Assembly (NCBI RefSeq): GCF_006345805.1
Contig: NC_043000.1
Coordinates: 44,888,001 to 44,952,000 of the forward strand
Reading direction: 5' to 3'
Source of the DNA: Octopus sinensis
Lineage: Eukaryota
DNA: 64,000 nucleotides
The position numbers were made by a program, and so were the translations under genes. Shown here piece by piece: positions 39,740 through 53,507 of this stretch (the first letter of the stretch is position 1; each line of letters starts with the position of its first letter). Below the pieces are notes generated by a model that was given only the letters and a program-made list of their open reading frames with translations, ran no database searches and had not been told where the DNA came from.

Positions 39740-41083
39740 ATATATATATATATATACACATATATATACGTCTATATATATGTACATATACACAGTTATA
39801 TATGTATATATATGTATACATAGAAAGATATATATATATATATAATATATAAATGTATTGAAAGGTGCGGCAGACGTTTTTTTTTATGTAATCGGTAGCA
39901 ATGTTGTTTTGTAAACATGTGATATATGATACCACTGGTGTCAGTGGAGCTCCGATTATTTTTTTCTTTCTCAAGTTGGTTTATTTAATATAATATACGC
40001 GTGTATATTGCTGTTTACATGAATGTAGGTGTATAGTGTAGGTGTTTTTGTATGTATATATATATATGTGTATATATGTATATACGCGCGTATATATATA
40101 TATATATGGTGGGGTGTAATACTTTCTGAATATTTGCATTTTTCTGTGTCTTCTGAACATAAAAATTTAATATTCATTTATTGACAATAATATATAGACT
40201 ACAAAATTGAAATATTCACATGAAAACTGTTTTCTGTTTTCGTATTGACTTCTTTTTAAATGCTGTGAATATAGGTGCTAGGTCATTGATTTTTTTTTTC
40301 TGAGTGAAATTTAATAATTCATCTTCAATATTGGTTTCACTGACTAAACGGCGTTCAATATTTCTAACATGTTTTACTTTCTGTTATTTACTGTGATCAT
40401 AAAACTGATATACTGATAGAGTGATAATCATAGTGATTTGGTAAACTAGTTAAAAAAGACTAAATATACGCTTATAAGTTAGTAGTTTTGAAATTTTGAA
40501 AAATAACATAGAAACTACTATATTGTGTGTTAGTTTGTGTGCGTGTGTGAGACTGGGAAAGTGTGCGTTTGTGAGTTTGTGAATGCGTCATAAAAAACCA
40601 TCTATTTCGGTTCTGCGCAAGCATCTGTGTATACGAGTGTCACATTACGTCTAACTCTGTGCAAGTATACGTATGGCTGTATGTGCACAACGTTCGGTTT
40701 AAAAAAGGTTTTATTTTTCGATTACAAATGTGTATATATAGCAAAATTTAAACACGCAATCATGCGTACAAGCACAAATAAAAAATAGATCACGTAGGTA
40801 TACATGCGTACACCTGTAGGCACACATAGGGAAAGAGAGATATAGGTAAATAGTAAGCACAAATGAATACATATGTATGCTCGTGTATGTCCATACAAGC
40901 ATATTTATGAAGGGACATTAAATTATTAATATTGTTATCTATTTATGTATTAATCTTCTTTTATACGTGCATTTTGTGTTGTATGGTTTTGCGTGTATAT
41001 ATGCATATGTATATGTAGGTAAATATCGATATATCTAGATGAATATATTTAGATGAGTGTATATATATACATATATATATGTA

Positions 41084-41319
41084 TTTTATTCTTTTATGTT
41101 TCAGTAACTTGACAGCGGCCATACTGGAGCACTACAATTAGTCGGGAAAAACCAATCCCAGGACTTATTCTTTTGTAAGCCTAGTACTTATTCTATTGGT
41201 CTCTTTTGCTGAAACGCTAAGTTACGGAGACGTAAACACACCAGCATCAGTTTCGTTTGTCAGGCGATGGTGGGGGACAAACACAGACACAAACATATGC
41301 ACACAATACATACATATAT

Positions 41320-41398
<79 letters not shown>

Positions 41399-41578
41399 TA
41401 CATATATATATATATACCCAACGGAATTCTTTCAGTTTCCATCTACCAAATCCACTCACAAGGCTTTGGTCGTCCCGAGGCTATGATAGAAGACACTAGC
41501 CCAAGGTGCCACGCAGTGGGACTTAACCGAATACCATGTGGTTGGTAAGCAAGCTACTTACCACATAGCCACTTCTGC
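41084..41578 (-). mobile_element. tRNA-SINE family A, near full length, internal (TAGA)n expansion
   Basis: Matches 44350-44765 along its length. Confidence 0.9.
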
Positions 41579-41603
41579 GCTTATATATATATATATATAT
41601 ATA

Positions 41604-42153
41604 TTGTTGTATTTAGGGATGGTCATGTTGCCACTTTAGCCAATAAAAACACACGCACTATATATTTGGTGTTAATTTGCTTCAACTTACTTTTTTACAT
41701 TAATCCTATTTCGGCCATATTTCTTTCGTCAGACAGAAAAAATAAGAAAAAAAGAAAAAATTTAAAAAATAATAAGTAGGTATAAACATATGAACAAAAA
41801 ACAAATTAAATGAACGTGTATAAACAGGGGATACAGATAATACAGGTACTTCCCCTACACACACACGCAACTACTAAACATAGACACACATAGGGGTATA
41901 TGCATGCGCAAATAAAGACACACACAATAGGAATACAAAATACAAAATGCCTGATCGTTAGTTAAGAAAGGCGCACAAATAAGAAGAAAGCAAACGACCG
42001 CTGATAAGGTCACAGAAGTGTAACGAAAGAAATCTGGCTGAAATACTATTAATCTAAAAGATAAAATAAAGCTGAAGCAAATTAACGTCAAATATATAGT
42101 GAGTGTGATTTTATTCGCTAAACTGGTAACATGACCATCCCTAAATACAACAA
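41604..42153. mobile_element. Small element with ~130-bp inverted arms (PLE-terminus-like, decayed HHR)
   Basis: 41604-41732 is the inverted copy of 42020-42153. The left arm on the minus strand reads CTGACGA...ccGAAAT. Confidence 0.7.
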
Positions 42154-42209
42154 TATCTGTTTCAACACACGATTTCACATCAAGAATCTTGCAAAACGAA
42201 TATATAAAC

Positions 42210-42252
<43 letters not shown>

Positions 42253-42586
42253 ACCTTACTAATACAGTCCCTATATTTAGGTCACTTTAAATAAAAACCT
42301 TTGACTCTGCAACACTATATAAAGTCTCTACTGGGAATGAGCAAGTTTAAAAATCTGCAGGATCTCACATTGCTTATAAACTCTATTGTTGGATGGACTC
42401 ATTTTAAACTCTGTTGGATTTTTGGACTTTACTCATAAGATATTGGAATATTGCATATATACCATTCTGCCTAAAAAATGGATCTACAACTTCAATACAT
42501 ACATATCTTGCATCTATTTTCTTTCCTCCATCTCACTCCCCATTTTGTATCACATATAAACTATGACTTAACTATCCTCTCGCACC

Positions 42587-42638
42587 GTCTCCGATGAAGG
42601 GATATAATTAGTAAATATTCTAGAAACAGCTGTAAGAC
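42587..42638 (+). ncRNA. Hammerhead motif, U4->C variant, in a PLE-terminus-like repeat (~42250-42700)
   Basis: gtct-CCGATGA-agggatat...atattcta-GAAA-CAGCTG-TA-agac. Confidence 0.65.
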
Positions 42639-42697
42639 CTATTTATAAATGCTCTATCTACACACCCTTAGATTTTTATCTTATTACGCAAAAAAGT

Positions 42698-42762
<65 letters not shown>

Positions 42763-42898
42763 CGTATACATATATATACATACATACATACATTCATTCA
42801 TACATACATACATACATGCATACATACATACATACATACATACTACATAATACATACATACTACATATTATATTATATATAATATATATATATTATAT

Positions 42899-42943
<45 letters not shown>

Positions 42944-42945
<2 letters not shown>

Positions 42946-43898
42946 TATCAACACAATTTTGCCAGTTTATCAGTAGCTTATTTATGCCGGCAGCAAGGAA
43001 TTCTGGAGAGCAAGAGGTGATGAAATACCGAAAGGCTATTTTGGCATTTTCGTCAGATTTGAAGTTTTTTCCTTGCAAAATGTTATCTAATGCCTGGCAA
43101 ACGTGATAGTCACTTGGTGAGAGATCTGGTTAATATGGTGAAGGACAGTACTTCCAAGTTCTATTCTTGTAACTTGAGTAGCGTTCGTTGTGCATCATGT
43201 TGTCGAACATATTTTGGCAAGTTAATTGACTGATCTCGGTTGTCAAATTGTAAGTTCACTCATGATTTCTTGCATTTCGTTGATGTATACATCCGCTATA
43301 ATTGACTTACTAGGTTTCATGAAGCTCGAGTGCAGATCACAAGCAATGGACCACAAAATACTATAGCTTTTTTTGTGAATATTCTTTTTTAGAATGTGTT
43401 TTGGCACTTCGTTTTTATCTAACCACTGTGCAGAACGCTTGCTATTGTTGAAACGAATACAGTTTTTCGTCATACGTAACAAAACGATGCAAAAATGGTT
43501 CATTTTTTTGCCGTGACAGCAAAGAGCAGCATGTTTCAAGACGATATGTCATTTGATGCTCATTCATTTCACAAATCCTCGACGTACAGTGTGATTATCT
43601 GCCACATCTTCACTAAACACCTCATTGATGTTTCGAGTTGTCTGGGATGCAGAGGTTCTATGACGAAACTTATATTCATAAACAACATGAATTTCTAATC
43701 TATCCATGATTTTGCAAAAAATAATTTACAAGTGAAGACTCTCCAAATAATCAGAAACCATGGATTGCATTTCGAAAAAGTGATTATGTAACTCTTCAAT
43801 GTTGTGAAACAAAGAATTGTCAGGATAAAAGATTCGAGTTACCGACTGTCAACGTTGGTGCATAAGAAAATCGGATATTTCATTTTAATGATCTGATA
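42944..43898 (-). mobile_element. Mariner transposon relic (Hsmar1/cecropia-like), internally deleted
   Basis: ATG near 43707 (SQTTRNINEVF), [27 protein letters not shown]...[18 protein letters not shown]-like tatcagatc...tccgatttt ends at ~43898; the 3' end is lost in (TA)n. Confidence 0.85.
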
Positions 43899-43917
43899 TA
43901 TAGATACACACACACAA

Positions 43918-44008
<91 letters not shown>

Positions 44009-44349
44009 GGGATAGGCAGAGAGATATTTACCTATGCATAAGCAGACGCACAGGCACAATACATCTGTACGTGTGCCTTGAGTATACAAATATATGCATA
44101 CTTCTTAGGATTTCTTTTCGCTTTGACAGTTTTTAACATTCGGTAATGTTGATAGTGCCCCTCGAAAATCAAATGCCTAATAGCTCAGATGCTAGCGTAT
44201 TTCTATATCTTGGAATAAAGTGCATTGTTTGAAAATAGTTCAGGGTAAATATCAAAATAGACATCCAGCTGTAAAATATTGCGTATAAGTCTCGTCCAAC
44301 CCATGTCGTCATGGAAAACTGTGGCAAACAACGACGACGATTTTTTTCT

Positions 44350-44765
44350 TTCTTTTATTCTTTTATTTGTTTCAGTTATTTAACTGTGGCCATGCTGGAG
44401 CACCGCCTCTAATCGAGCAAATCGACCCCAGGACTAATTCTTTGTAAGCCTAGTACTTCTTCTATCGGTCTCTTTTGCCGAACTGCTAAGTGACGGGGAC
44501 GTAAACACACCAGCATCGGTTGTCAAGCGATGTTGGGGGATAAACACAGAAACACATGCATATACATATATACACACACACACATACGCACATATATATA
44601 TATATACGAGGGCTTCTTTCAGTTTCCGCCTGCCAAATTCACTCACAAGGCTTTGGTCGGCCCGAGGCTTTAGTAGAAGACACTTACCCAAGGTGCTACG
44701 CAGTGGGACTGAACCCAGAACCATGTGGTTGGTAAGCAAGCTACTTACCAAACAGCCACTCCTGC
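44350..44765 (-). mobile_element. tRNA-SINE family A, best full-length copy
   Basis: Minus strand: gcaggagtggctgtttggtaag..., gggttcagtccc (B box), ccttgggtaag motif, and 3' tail ggcggtgctccagcatggccacagttaaataactgaaac. Confidence 0.9.
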
Positions 44766-44819
44766 ACCTAATATGATGGTGATTATGATGGAATAAGTTT
44801 GTGTGTGTATGTGTGTGTA

Positions 44820-44863
<44 letters not shown>

Positions 44864-44954
44864 CAATTGAGGGCAAAATTATTAATTATTAATCATTTCA
44901 CCAGTGTTCAGTATGCAAAGGGACCATTCAAGGCGAATTCAAATTTACATTATT

Positions 44955-45231
44955 AAAGGGCTTAGTAAAATAAATTACTTTGCCGCATACTGAACTCATT
45001 AGAAATAGCAGCTAAAAAACTTTTTTAAAACTATTTCTAATACTTAAAGAAAATCTCTCTCATATATAGTGTTTGCTTAATTCAACTCACAACTTTGTGA
45101 GTTGAATTAAGCAAACACTATATATGAGAGAGATTTTCTTTAAGTATTAGAAATAGTTTTAAAAAGTTTTTTAGCTGCTATTTCTAATGAGTTCAGTATG
45201 CGGCAAAGTAATTTATTTTACTAAGCCCTTT
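44955..45231. repeat. 277-bp near-perfect fold-back palindrome of a PLE-terminus-like sequence
   Basis: Arms 44955-45092 and 45095-45231 differ by one T/A-run indel and have a 2-nt loop. The arms resemble 5766-5855. Confidence 0.95.
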
Positions 45232-45329
45232 TATAATATATATATAATAATATATATATATTATATATATATATTATATATATATATATAATATGGAGCA
45301 TAGACGTATAGCAGTGTTTAGGTATGAGG

Positions 45330-46440
45330 AGAATTTAGGTTAGTTGAAATATGTTTGTCACATATTTCAACTGCTAAAGGCAAATACACTGCAGTCACTG
45401 TGGAGGAAAATCTCTCTTATGATAAAAAGGTGTGAAAACACACAGTTCGTTCAGTGTCGCCATCTCTCGGGAGTCTCTTACATCGATGTTTCGAGGTTAT
45501 TTTTTACACTTGTCAATGAGATCTACCTAATAGAGGCAACTCTGAACGAACTTATTAAAGCTATAGCTTTATATATTATTCAGTCAACGCGTCGACTGAT
45601 TTGCCACAGTACATCTGGTGGGTAAGGCTGATTGGTAGTGGACGAAAAGTTTTCTGCTACCAGAGCCCATACGTAAGAAACGAGATTGTACGTATAAGCA
45701 ACAACGGCAGCGAAGTAACCGACAAAGCCTTCAACACCAAACAGTTCCTCAGAGGCCTAACCCTGAATGGGTACCCACTATCTTTAGCCAAACAACGGCG
45801 CCTATAAAATATTAGCGTCAATAAACCTCGGAAGAACCATCATACTTCAAAGTCCGGTACGTATATCCTAAAGCTACCACATTTTGATGACAGAACTACT
45901 GCAGCGATATTTACAACACGCAGTTCGCAGAGAAGGACTCAACATACAGATAGTGCACACCGGCCCTTCCATGAGTAAAGCTCTGTCAAAGAACGACATC
46001 TGTCACTACTCCGAGGAGTGCACATTATCGAATTGCTCCATTAATGACCATGGATTGTACCAGAGGACTTATGTTGTATACGAGATCATCTATGGAAAAT
46101 GTGGCGCATCTTACATAGGAAGCACAGCAAGAAAATTGCATATATCCATAAGGGAATACATGCAGGCAGAGGCTTCCGTGAAGAAGCATCTACGGTAACG
46201 CACGCCAGACACAGGAATTTACAGTGCACATTAGGGCAACAGAGCGAAACAGGGGCAACCTTAGAATCTCTGAAGCCATTCTCATACACCAAAGAAAACC
46301 AAATATCAAAAACAGAAGAGATTTACAGGAAGCTAGCTGCTTGCTATAACAGTACATTTCCGCGCATAGCCATTTCACACACGGAAATCGGCTACAATAC
46401 TCAGTTTCTTGAAAATGAGGTCATAATCCAGAAATATTGA
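45330..46440 (+). pseudogene. 5'-truncated PLE (thumb + GIY-YIG), a different family from 2477-4943
   Basis: RNEIVRI...LTLNGYP, LKLPHF, Cys linker, VVYEIIYGKCGASYIGSTARKL; frameshifts and stops. Confidence 0.75.
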
Positions 46441-46567
46441 ATGCAAGATAAGACGACAATAATTCATATATTTGTTTTCTTAAGATTTGCCTTGCAATTA
46501 TTTTGCATTGTTCTGGCTTTACCAACGATCGTTTATACAATATATTCTACACAATGCTTCATAGCAA

Positions 46568-46614
<47 letters not shown>

Positions 46615-47126
46615 TATTATATTATTATCATTATTATATTATTATCATTATTATTATTATTATATTATTATTATATTATTATTATTATATTATTATTATA
46701 TATTATTATTATTATTATTATATATGTTTTAATATATAAACTGTGAATGTGTGACTTTCTAAATGTGTGAGTGTGTGTGTCTATCTGTCTGAAGACCTAA
46801 GACTCAACAACAACCCAAATGATTTCATTCAAATTTTACAGACGCAGTATTATGGGCCAAAAATCATTTTCAACTTCTTGTAAAATACGAGCCCCAGGCA
46901 ACCTATTCTCTCTTACACTATTTCAGAATTACACGTCAAAAGTGACACAATGATATATCTCTATTGTAGTGTGAGATATTTTCAGTTTAATATTTTTATT
47001 ATTAATCCTGAAGCTATTAAAGTGAAAATATATCACATATATATTTCACATGTATACATATATAAATATTTATATATATATATTACGTGCGTATATATAT
47101 GCATGTATATATGAATATGTACATGT

Positions 47127-47503
47127 GTGGATGGAAGCACTCCGTCGGTTACGACGACGAGGGTTCCGATTGATCCGAATCAACGGAACAGCCTGCTCGT
47201 GAAATTAACGTGTAAGTGGCTGAGCACTCCACAGACACGCAGTTCTCGGGGATATTCAGCGTGACACAGAGAGTGACAAGGCCGGCCCTTTGAAATACAG
47301 GTACATACGAAACAGGAAGTAAGAGTGAGAGAAAGTTGTGGTGAAAGAGTACAGCAGGGATCATCACCATCCCCTGCCGGAGCCTCTTGGAGCTTTAGGT
47401 GTTTTCGCTCAATAAACACTCACAACGCCCGGTCTGGGAATCGAAACCGCGATCCTATGACCGCGAGTCCGCTGCCCTAACCACTGTGCCATTGCACCTC
47501 CAC
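47127..47503 (-). mobile_element. tRNA-SINE family C, full length
   Basis: Minus-strand head gtggaggtgcaatggcacagtggttagg (A box)...ggtttcgattccc (B box); distinct body and tail. Confidence 0.85.
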
Positions 47504-47508
47504 ATATG

Positions 47509-47602
<94 letters not shown>

Positions 47603-47840
47603 TGCATCTATGTATGTGTATATACATCTGCACTAAGTATCTATATATGTATATGTATATATATACAGATATATATAGAGAGAGATGTATATGTCTATAT
47701 ATATATATTGTATAGATGTATATCGATATATATAAATACTTTTATATTTATTTATGTAAATATATCTATATATATAGATGTTATTATAGATCTGTATATA
47801 TATAGAGAAGAGAGATTTATATGTATACATGTATATATAT

Positions 47841-47880
<40 letters not shown>

Positions 47881-49747
47881 TATCTGTGTAAAAATTTTAT
47901 ATGTACATGTATATACATATATAGATAGATATGTATATATACGTATATATATCTATATGTATATAGTTTAAACAAATATATAACGGAGGCAATGATTTAA
48001 AGACGAATTCATTTCGTGTCACAGGTGCTTGCTTTTTTCAAGTAAACGCTCTTATTTCGCACGTGGAATTACTACCGTGTTTTGTGGTCTGCTACCGCAA
48101 CAGATCCTTTATAGGATCCAGTTAGCTCAAGACATCATCAGGAGGAACCACGTCCGGTTTCGGCCCCTACTCCTCTACCAACAGCTCTGGTGTTGGGTAA
48201 ATGTCTTCTTTCTTCTGTTCCCTGGCCTCTTCGATGTATCGTCAGTGAGTGTCAGCCGGTGACTGACTGTCTTGTCGAATTTCTCCCTTTAAATACCTGC
48301 CGCATAGACTCCAGCAGGCAGCCCCAGCAAGCTGTCACGTGACAATGTCTCACCTTAACTGACTAGTGAAGGCGCGTAGTTTTAGCCCGCGCTTTTTCGA
48401 AACGACCGTCACCTGCCGGTCAGCGAAGCTGATTCAGTCAGCTTGTCTCACCTAATGATGTTATTTCCCATCGGCGTGTTTATGACTTTCAAGCCATTTT
48501 TGGTCTTCCCACTTCAGCCATATATAGAAGCTGGCTTTTTCGACCGCCTCCTGTACTCTCCTTATTAGTCTATGCAGCTCGGGGCTAGAAAAAACAAATC
48601 TTCTTTTGAAAAGCGTTGTCATTTTCTTTTCAATGTAGAAAACTTTGAAGCTAGGAGAAACGTTTATAACGGTATAAGTAAAACCTACAACGTTGCATGT
48701 AATAGTAATCATAGAATGCAAATGTAAACAAATGTAGAGAAAATAACACATTTATAAATTATCTATGTATCTTTATCTATCATCTATATATCTGTCTGTC
48801 TGTATATCTGTTTGTCTGCATGTTTGTCTATTTGGTTATTTATTTATCTGTGGGCTACTTTCAGTTTCTGTTTACAATATTTACTCACATGTCTTTGGTA
48901 CGTCTGGGTCTACAGCTGAGGACAATAGGCCAATCCGCATCTAATGGGAGCAATGCCAAAACCGGCTGGTTTGAAAGCGGTCATTTTAACCACAGTCATA
49001 CCTGCGCCATTAATATAAATTTCCTATGATTCTAGAGAACTACTTTCCTCTTCAAGCAAATATAGCAGCATATTTAACAGACAAAATGTTAACATTTCAT
49101 ACTCAGCCACAAATAATGTACTACTTGGCGTACGAAGAATAAGACCTGGGGTCGATTTGCTCGACAAAAGGCGGTGATCCAGCATGGCCACAGTCAAATA
49201 ACTGAATTAAATAAAAGAATAACAAATAAAAGTCATAAAAGTCATTATTATGAGATGATTATAAGATGATAATAACGTCAGAGAACAAAACGGACCATGA
49301 TTTACACGAAGCTATTCATCGTATATATATATATATGAATATATCGATTTCAAAATGTAGCGACATGTGAATCGTTGGCGATTTTCTTCCTCCCTCTTCC
49401 TTTACTTTTGAACTTTCCACCGTCTCCTGTTTCTGACGAAGTGCTTTGATCAAAACGTAAAACCACCTTTATTTTATTCCCTGGACGCCTGTTGATATCT
49501 TGCATGTACCACGTCCATGCCTTGTTGTTTCTTTCTTGTGTTTTTTCTTCGTTCTTTTTTATTTACTACACACACACACACACACACACACACACCACAC
49601 ACACACACACATATATATATATATAGCGAAAGAGAGAGAGAGAGATGGATAGATATAGATATATATTATAAATTTTTACAAATATGTGTACGTGTGTGTG
49701 TATACACACACACATACATACATACACACACACATATATATATATAT

Positions 49748-50069
49748 AATAAAATACAAAATGGGACAAGAAAGCAAAACATCCGGACAACTAGGTGATA
49801 CAAAAAGGGACAACAAAACATCCAGATAGACGATACAGAAAAACACGGACGGGTCATTCGAAGCCTTTTATCTTCAGTGAAGAACCAGATCATCCTCGCA
49901 ATTTCGGCTGATTAACCTTGAGATTGCTGCAACCTGGCCAGCTCCAAGGAAAAACTAAGCTAAGAGCATTAGATTCCTTGGAAAAAAGCATCGAATATAT
50001 ACGAAACAAGGACGGAAAAACAGACGGTGTTACACGAATATAAATACAATAATACAATAAAAAACAATG

Positions 50070-50126
<57 letters not shown>

Positions 50127-50295
50127 TTAATAACAGGACATAACAACAGGCGTCTTTCGACTGGGGACGAATTGAATTCAGCTGGCATGTATTGAAATGA
50201 AGCCTTACATCGTCTATCTGGATGTTTTGTTGTCCCTTTTAGTATCACCTAGTAATCTAGATGTTTTGCGTTCTTGTCCCATTTTGTATTTTATT
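49748..50295. mobile_element. Small element with 87-bp inverted arms
   Basis: 49748-49834 is the inverted copy of 50209-50295; internal (AAT)n. Confidence 0.7.
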
Positions 50296-50334
50296 TTATA
50301 TATCTATATATAGCAACATACGTACACTTTGTTC

Positions 50335-50367
<33 letters not shown>

Positions 50368-50379
50368 AGACCGCCACAG

Positions 50380-53300
50380 CAAATAGACCCAAGGTGGACA
50401 CCACCGGCAACAGCATACACATCACCTCGATGCTCCCACTGAACATCAGAGGGCTGCTAACACTCAGTAACAGGACAAAAATCCCGTTCTTGAGAGACTT
50501 TGTTGCATGCAATCAAGCCTTATGCATAGCGCTGACGGAAACACACCTGAAACTGGACATAGCAGATGCGGAAATACACATACTACAGTATGTTGTACTA
50601 CGGACCGACAGAAAAGAAAGGAGTCATGGACGAGTTGCTATGTACATCCGCGAGGACCTCACACCCCAGGTCCTTTTGTCATACTCAAATTCGGTGTGTG
50701 ACACACTAATTGTACATATAAGCAACTTGGTGTAGTTATATGTGCTACATATCGCCCTCCAGATACCCCAAGCCATGAAGACTGCCTTATAAAAATAGAA
50801 GAATTTCTAGTCACATTAGAACAACACATAAGTGTACTTCTTATGGGAGACTTCAATCTACCCAATATCAGATGGCCCGAGGGCTTTCTCTCCCAGGAAT
50901 GACACGATGCGGACGAAGACAGGCGAGGTCCCTGCTGAACCTCATCAACACTCTGTACATAGAGCAAGTAATACTCCAACCAACCAGGGCAGGTAACATA
51001 CTGGATCTCTGCTTCACAAATAATATGGATCTCATCCATAATGTGAAAGTGACACCGACACTACTCTCGGATCACAACATGGTAGAGCTGACCATGTACG
51101 GGCCAAAGGAAAGCATGGACATGCAGCCTACAAGAAACTTTCAGGATCTTTCCAGCTTGAACTTCCATAAGGCAAACTGGAAACAAATTCAGAAAGCGAT
51201 CCTCAAACAAAACTGGCCTGAATGTCTCTCCACGCCAGACATCGACATGAAGCTTCAACAATTCATGTCTGTAATGCAAGCCATATGCTACAAATGTGTC
51301 CCAGAGAGAAAGGCCACTGTACACAAGAACAAAATCCCCAGAGAGAGGAAAATTCTAATGAGACGGCGTGCAAAAGTTTCAAATTGCCTAAACAAACAGT
51401 TTGAAAGCAGTGAAAAGTCCCGCCTGAAAATAAAACTGTTGGAAATTGAAAATGTCTGCAACTCTCCCATGAAAAAGAAAGAGCAGACAAAGAAGCCTGG
51501 GCTATAGACAACATAAAATCTAACCCCAGAGCTTTCTACAGGTATGCAAAAGAAACAGCTACGGTGCACTGTAGGATAGGGCCACTCCTTGAAGAGGATG
51601 GCACACTCACAGGAAATCCAATGAGGATAAGCGAAATACTAAATGAGCAATTCAAGAGTATTTTCACTCCACCCCTAGGGCATTTTCAAGTCAGCAATCC
51701 AACTGACTTGTTTACCACTGCAGATATAAAATTAGAGGCAGCGATGATTGATTACATCAATATAAAGGAAGACGATGTAATAAAGGCTATAGATGAAATG
51801 AATACAAACTCAGCTACTGGCCCCGATGGATTCCCGGCAATCCTTCTAAAAGTATGTAAGAGAGTCCTAGCAAAACCACTGCAGTTCTTCTTTCAGAGCT
51901 TCCTTGCAACTGGCAAACTTCCAAGAAAACTGAAGGAAGGTAAAATATGCCCTATTCATAAAGGAGGTAGCAGAGCGGAGGCCAAGTACTACAGACCTAT
52001 CTCTCAGACCTCACAAATCAGCAAGGTCATGGAAAGAATAGTCAGAAGGAAACTAATCACCTTCCTTGAAGAAAATGACCTACTGCCTGATACCCAACAT
52101 GGTTTCCAACCAGGAAGAAGCTGCTTAACTCAGCTCCTACAACACTATGACTGGGTGCTGAAACGACTGCTCAACCACTCAAATGTGGAAGTCATATATC
52201 TCGACTTTGCAAAGGCCTTTGATAAAGTCGATCATGGAATGATATGTCACAAACTGCGTGATCTTGGCATAGTTGGAACATTGGGAGAATGGCTTCATGA
52301 CTTTCTGAAGGATAGAAGTCAGGTGGTAGCAGCCAATGGGGCCACTTCCATTAACACGCTAATAGTGAGCGGTGTTCCACAAGGAACTGTTTTTGGACCA
52401 CTACTGTTCATAATGGACCTCTCAGACATGCCCTCAGCCACGCAGAGAGCCACGATCACAAGTTATGCAGATGATACAAAAGTTTCACAGGCAATACAGA
52501 ACCCTGAAGACACTAAGCACCTGCAATGTGAGCTGGACAAAATATACAAGTGGGCTGGAAAGAATAGCATGCAGTTCAATGCTGAAAAGTTTCAAGCTTT
52601 ATGATATCAGCATGCAAAACTAAATGCAACACCCAATAAATACACTGGACCTGGAGGGATTGCAATCCTAGAGGCACAATCAGTGCGCGACCTGGGTATT
52701 TACATGAGTGATGATGCAACCTTTCGTGTGCATGTTGCTAAATTGGCAATGAAATGTAGACGGCTGACTGGATGGATTCTTAGAACCTTTAGAACAAGAG
52801 ACCAGGAAACCATGATGGTCCTCTGGAGGACTCTTGTCCTAAGCCACTTTGACTATTGCTCTCAGCTATGGTCACCATCCAGTGTCAAGTTAATCACAGA
52901 ACTTGAGGCGATCCAACGAAGCTACACAAAGAAGATAGCCTCAGTGCAGCATATAAGCTACTGGGAAAGACTCAAGAGATTAAGACTCTATTCCTTAGAG
53001 CGTAGGCGAGAAAGATATGCCATAATATACATCTGGAAGATCCTAGAAGGACTTATCCCAAACTCCGGCATCGAGAGTTACACAAATGCTAGAACTGGGC
53101 GCCACTGCATGGTGCCAAGGACTCCAAATTTGCCATCAAGATGTAGGACAAGATACTGTCATAGCCTTGGCTTCCGAGGCCCACAGCTCTTCAATATCCT
53201 CCCGAAGAACCTGAGAGACCTGCATGGGGTGGATGCAGATGTCTTTAAAATAAAACTGGATCTCTTCCTGTCAGGTGTCCCAGATGAACCAACTTCATGG

Positions 53301-53460
53301 CAGGAGGTGCAGATGAGGGCAGCTGCATCGAACTCTCTCATGCACCAAATGGCAGTTGCTAAAAAGCATTCATGAAGTAAAATCATGTAGCAACACCAAA
53401 TGGCGGTGCCCCAGCATGGCCACAGCCCGTGAGCTGAAACTAGATAAAATAAAATAAATA
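50380..53460 (+). mobile_element. 5'-truncated CR1/L2-group LINE: ORF2 pseudogene (APE endonuclease + RT) with 3' tail
   Basis: LNIRGL, ALTETHL, MGDFN, LDLCFTN (APE); ATGPDG, QHGF...GRSC, YLDFAKAFDKV, SGVPQG, YADDT (RT). About 3 frameshifts, TGA at 52602-52604, stop at 53375, A-rich tail. Confidence 0.95.
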
Positions 53461-53466
53461 ACATAA

Positions 53467-53507
<41 letters not shown>

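Noticed and set aside
46405-46442. Terminal HHR of the 45-46 kb PLE
   Set aside because: The core reads TTGAAAA (two substitutions) with a weak stem II; too degenerate to call.
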